Shown: positions 63,595 to 64,000 of the stretch, piece by piece
How the letters are laid out: every line of letters begins with the position of its first letter
Numbering within the stretch: position 1 is the first letter of the stretch
Source of the DNA: Azolla caroliniana
Lineage: Eukaryota; Plantae; Polypodiophyta
Direction: 5' to 3'
DNA length: 64,000 nt
Assembly: GCA_043228905.1 (NCBI GenBank)
Contig: JBHGNT010000020.1
Coordinates: 3,968,001-4,032,000, forward strand
Notes under the pieces: model-generated
Told to the model about the DNA's origin: nothing
Database searches by the model: none
Seen by the model: only the letters and a program-made list of their open reading frames with translations
Translations under genes and position numbers: made by a program

Positions 63595-63940
63595 GGATCC
63601 GATTCCCGACTGACCTCCGACTCCTTGCCTGAATTCGATTAGTTCTCCATGTTCTTTAGTCGGCGATCGGCTTCCCACTATTTGGGAGGATGTGTTCTTC
63701 TCCGACTCCCAGTCGACAATAGTCATCTCTTCCATGAAGACTATGTCTCTACTCCGAATGACCTTCTTGTCAGTTAGGTCCCATAGTTGGTAACTGAATT
63801 CGTCATCACCGTAGCCGAGAAATATGCATGGCCAAGATTTTGGATCGAATTTTCTCCTTTGATCCTTAGTCACATGCACGTAGGCAAGACAACCGAACAC
63901 GTTTAGGTGTTGGTGCGACACGTCTTTCTAGTCCACACCA
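63595..63940 (-). mobile_element. Copia integrase C-terminal fragment (host of the Gypsy insertion; appears to continue at 54345-54461)
   Basis: HLNVFGCLAYVHV..KFDPKS..CIFLGYGDDEF..RSRDIVF. Confidence 0.85.
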
Positions 63941-64000
63941 TCTCCATCCAAAAGTGTTGAGGGTTTTTTATTAATCGCGTATACTTTTGTCCGCATTGCC

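Overview
Eukaryotic, plant-type window. A seed-free plant such as a fern or lycophyte is my inference from TE style, not shown. It is almost entirely nested retrotransposons. (1) Four Ty1/Copia elements with paired LTRs and TSDs: 9063-23454(-), 14251-19814(+, intact 1344-aa gag-pol), 41096-47037(+) and 47668-54223(-). (2) Two truncated chromovirus-type Gypsy elements. (3) A full-length non-chromovirus Gypsy (54462-63594) with an extra 3' ORF. (4) Solo LTRs with 4-bp TSDs. (5) Two different LINE families (RTEX-like and L1/Tx1-like) sitting in (GA/TC)n microsatellites. The only clear host gene is a small cytochrome-b5-like heme/steroid-binding protein (29788-30111). The most notable observation is that the Gypsy element has no polypurine tract. 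Where the PPT should be, 2 nt before the 3' LTR, it carries a sequence resembling the 3' end of tRNA-Arg (..GTCCCACGGGCATGCCA) preceded by a T-arm-like hairpin. The same arrangement recurs at two other, divergent LTR starts in the window, suggesting plus-strand priming by a second tRNA or a tRNA mimic. Second most notable: microsatellite-targeting LINEs that use the (GA)n tracts in LTRs as landing pads, including a head-to-head two-family LINE chimera in one tract. All alignments were done by eye; coordinates may be off by a few bases.
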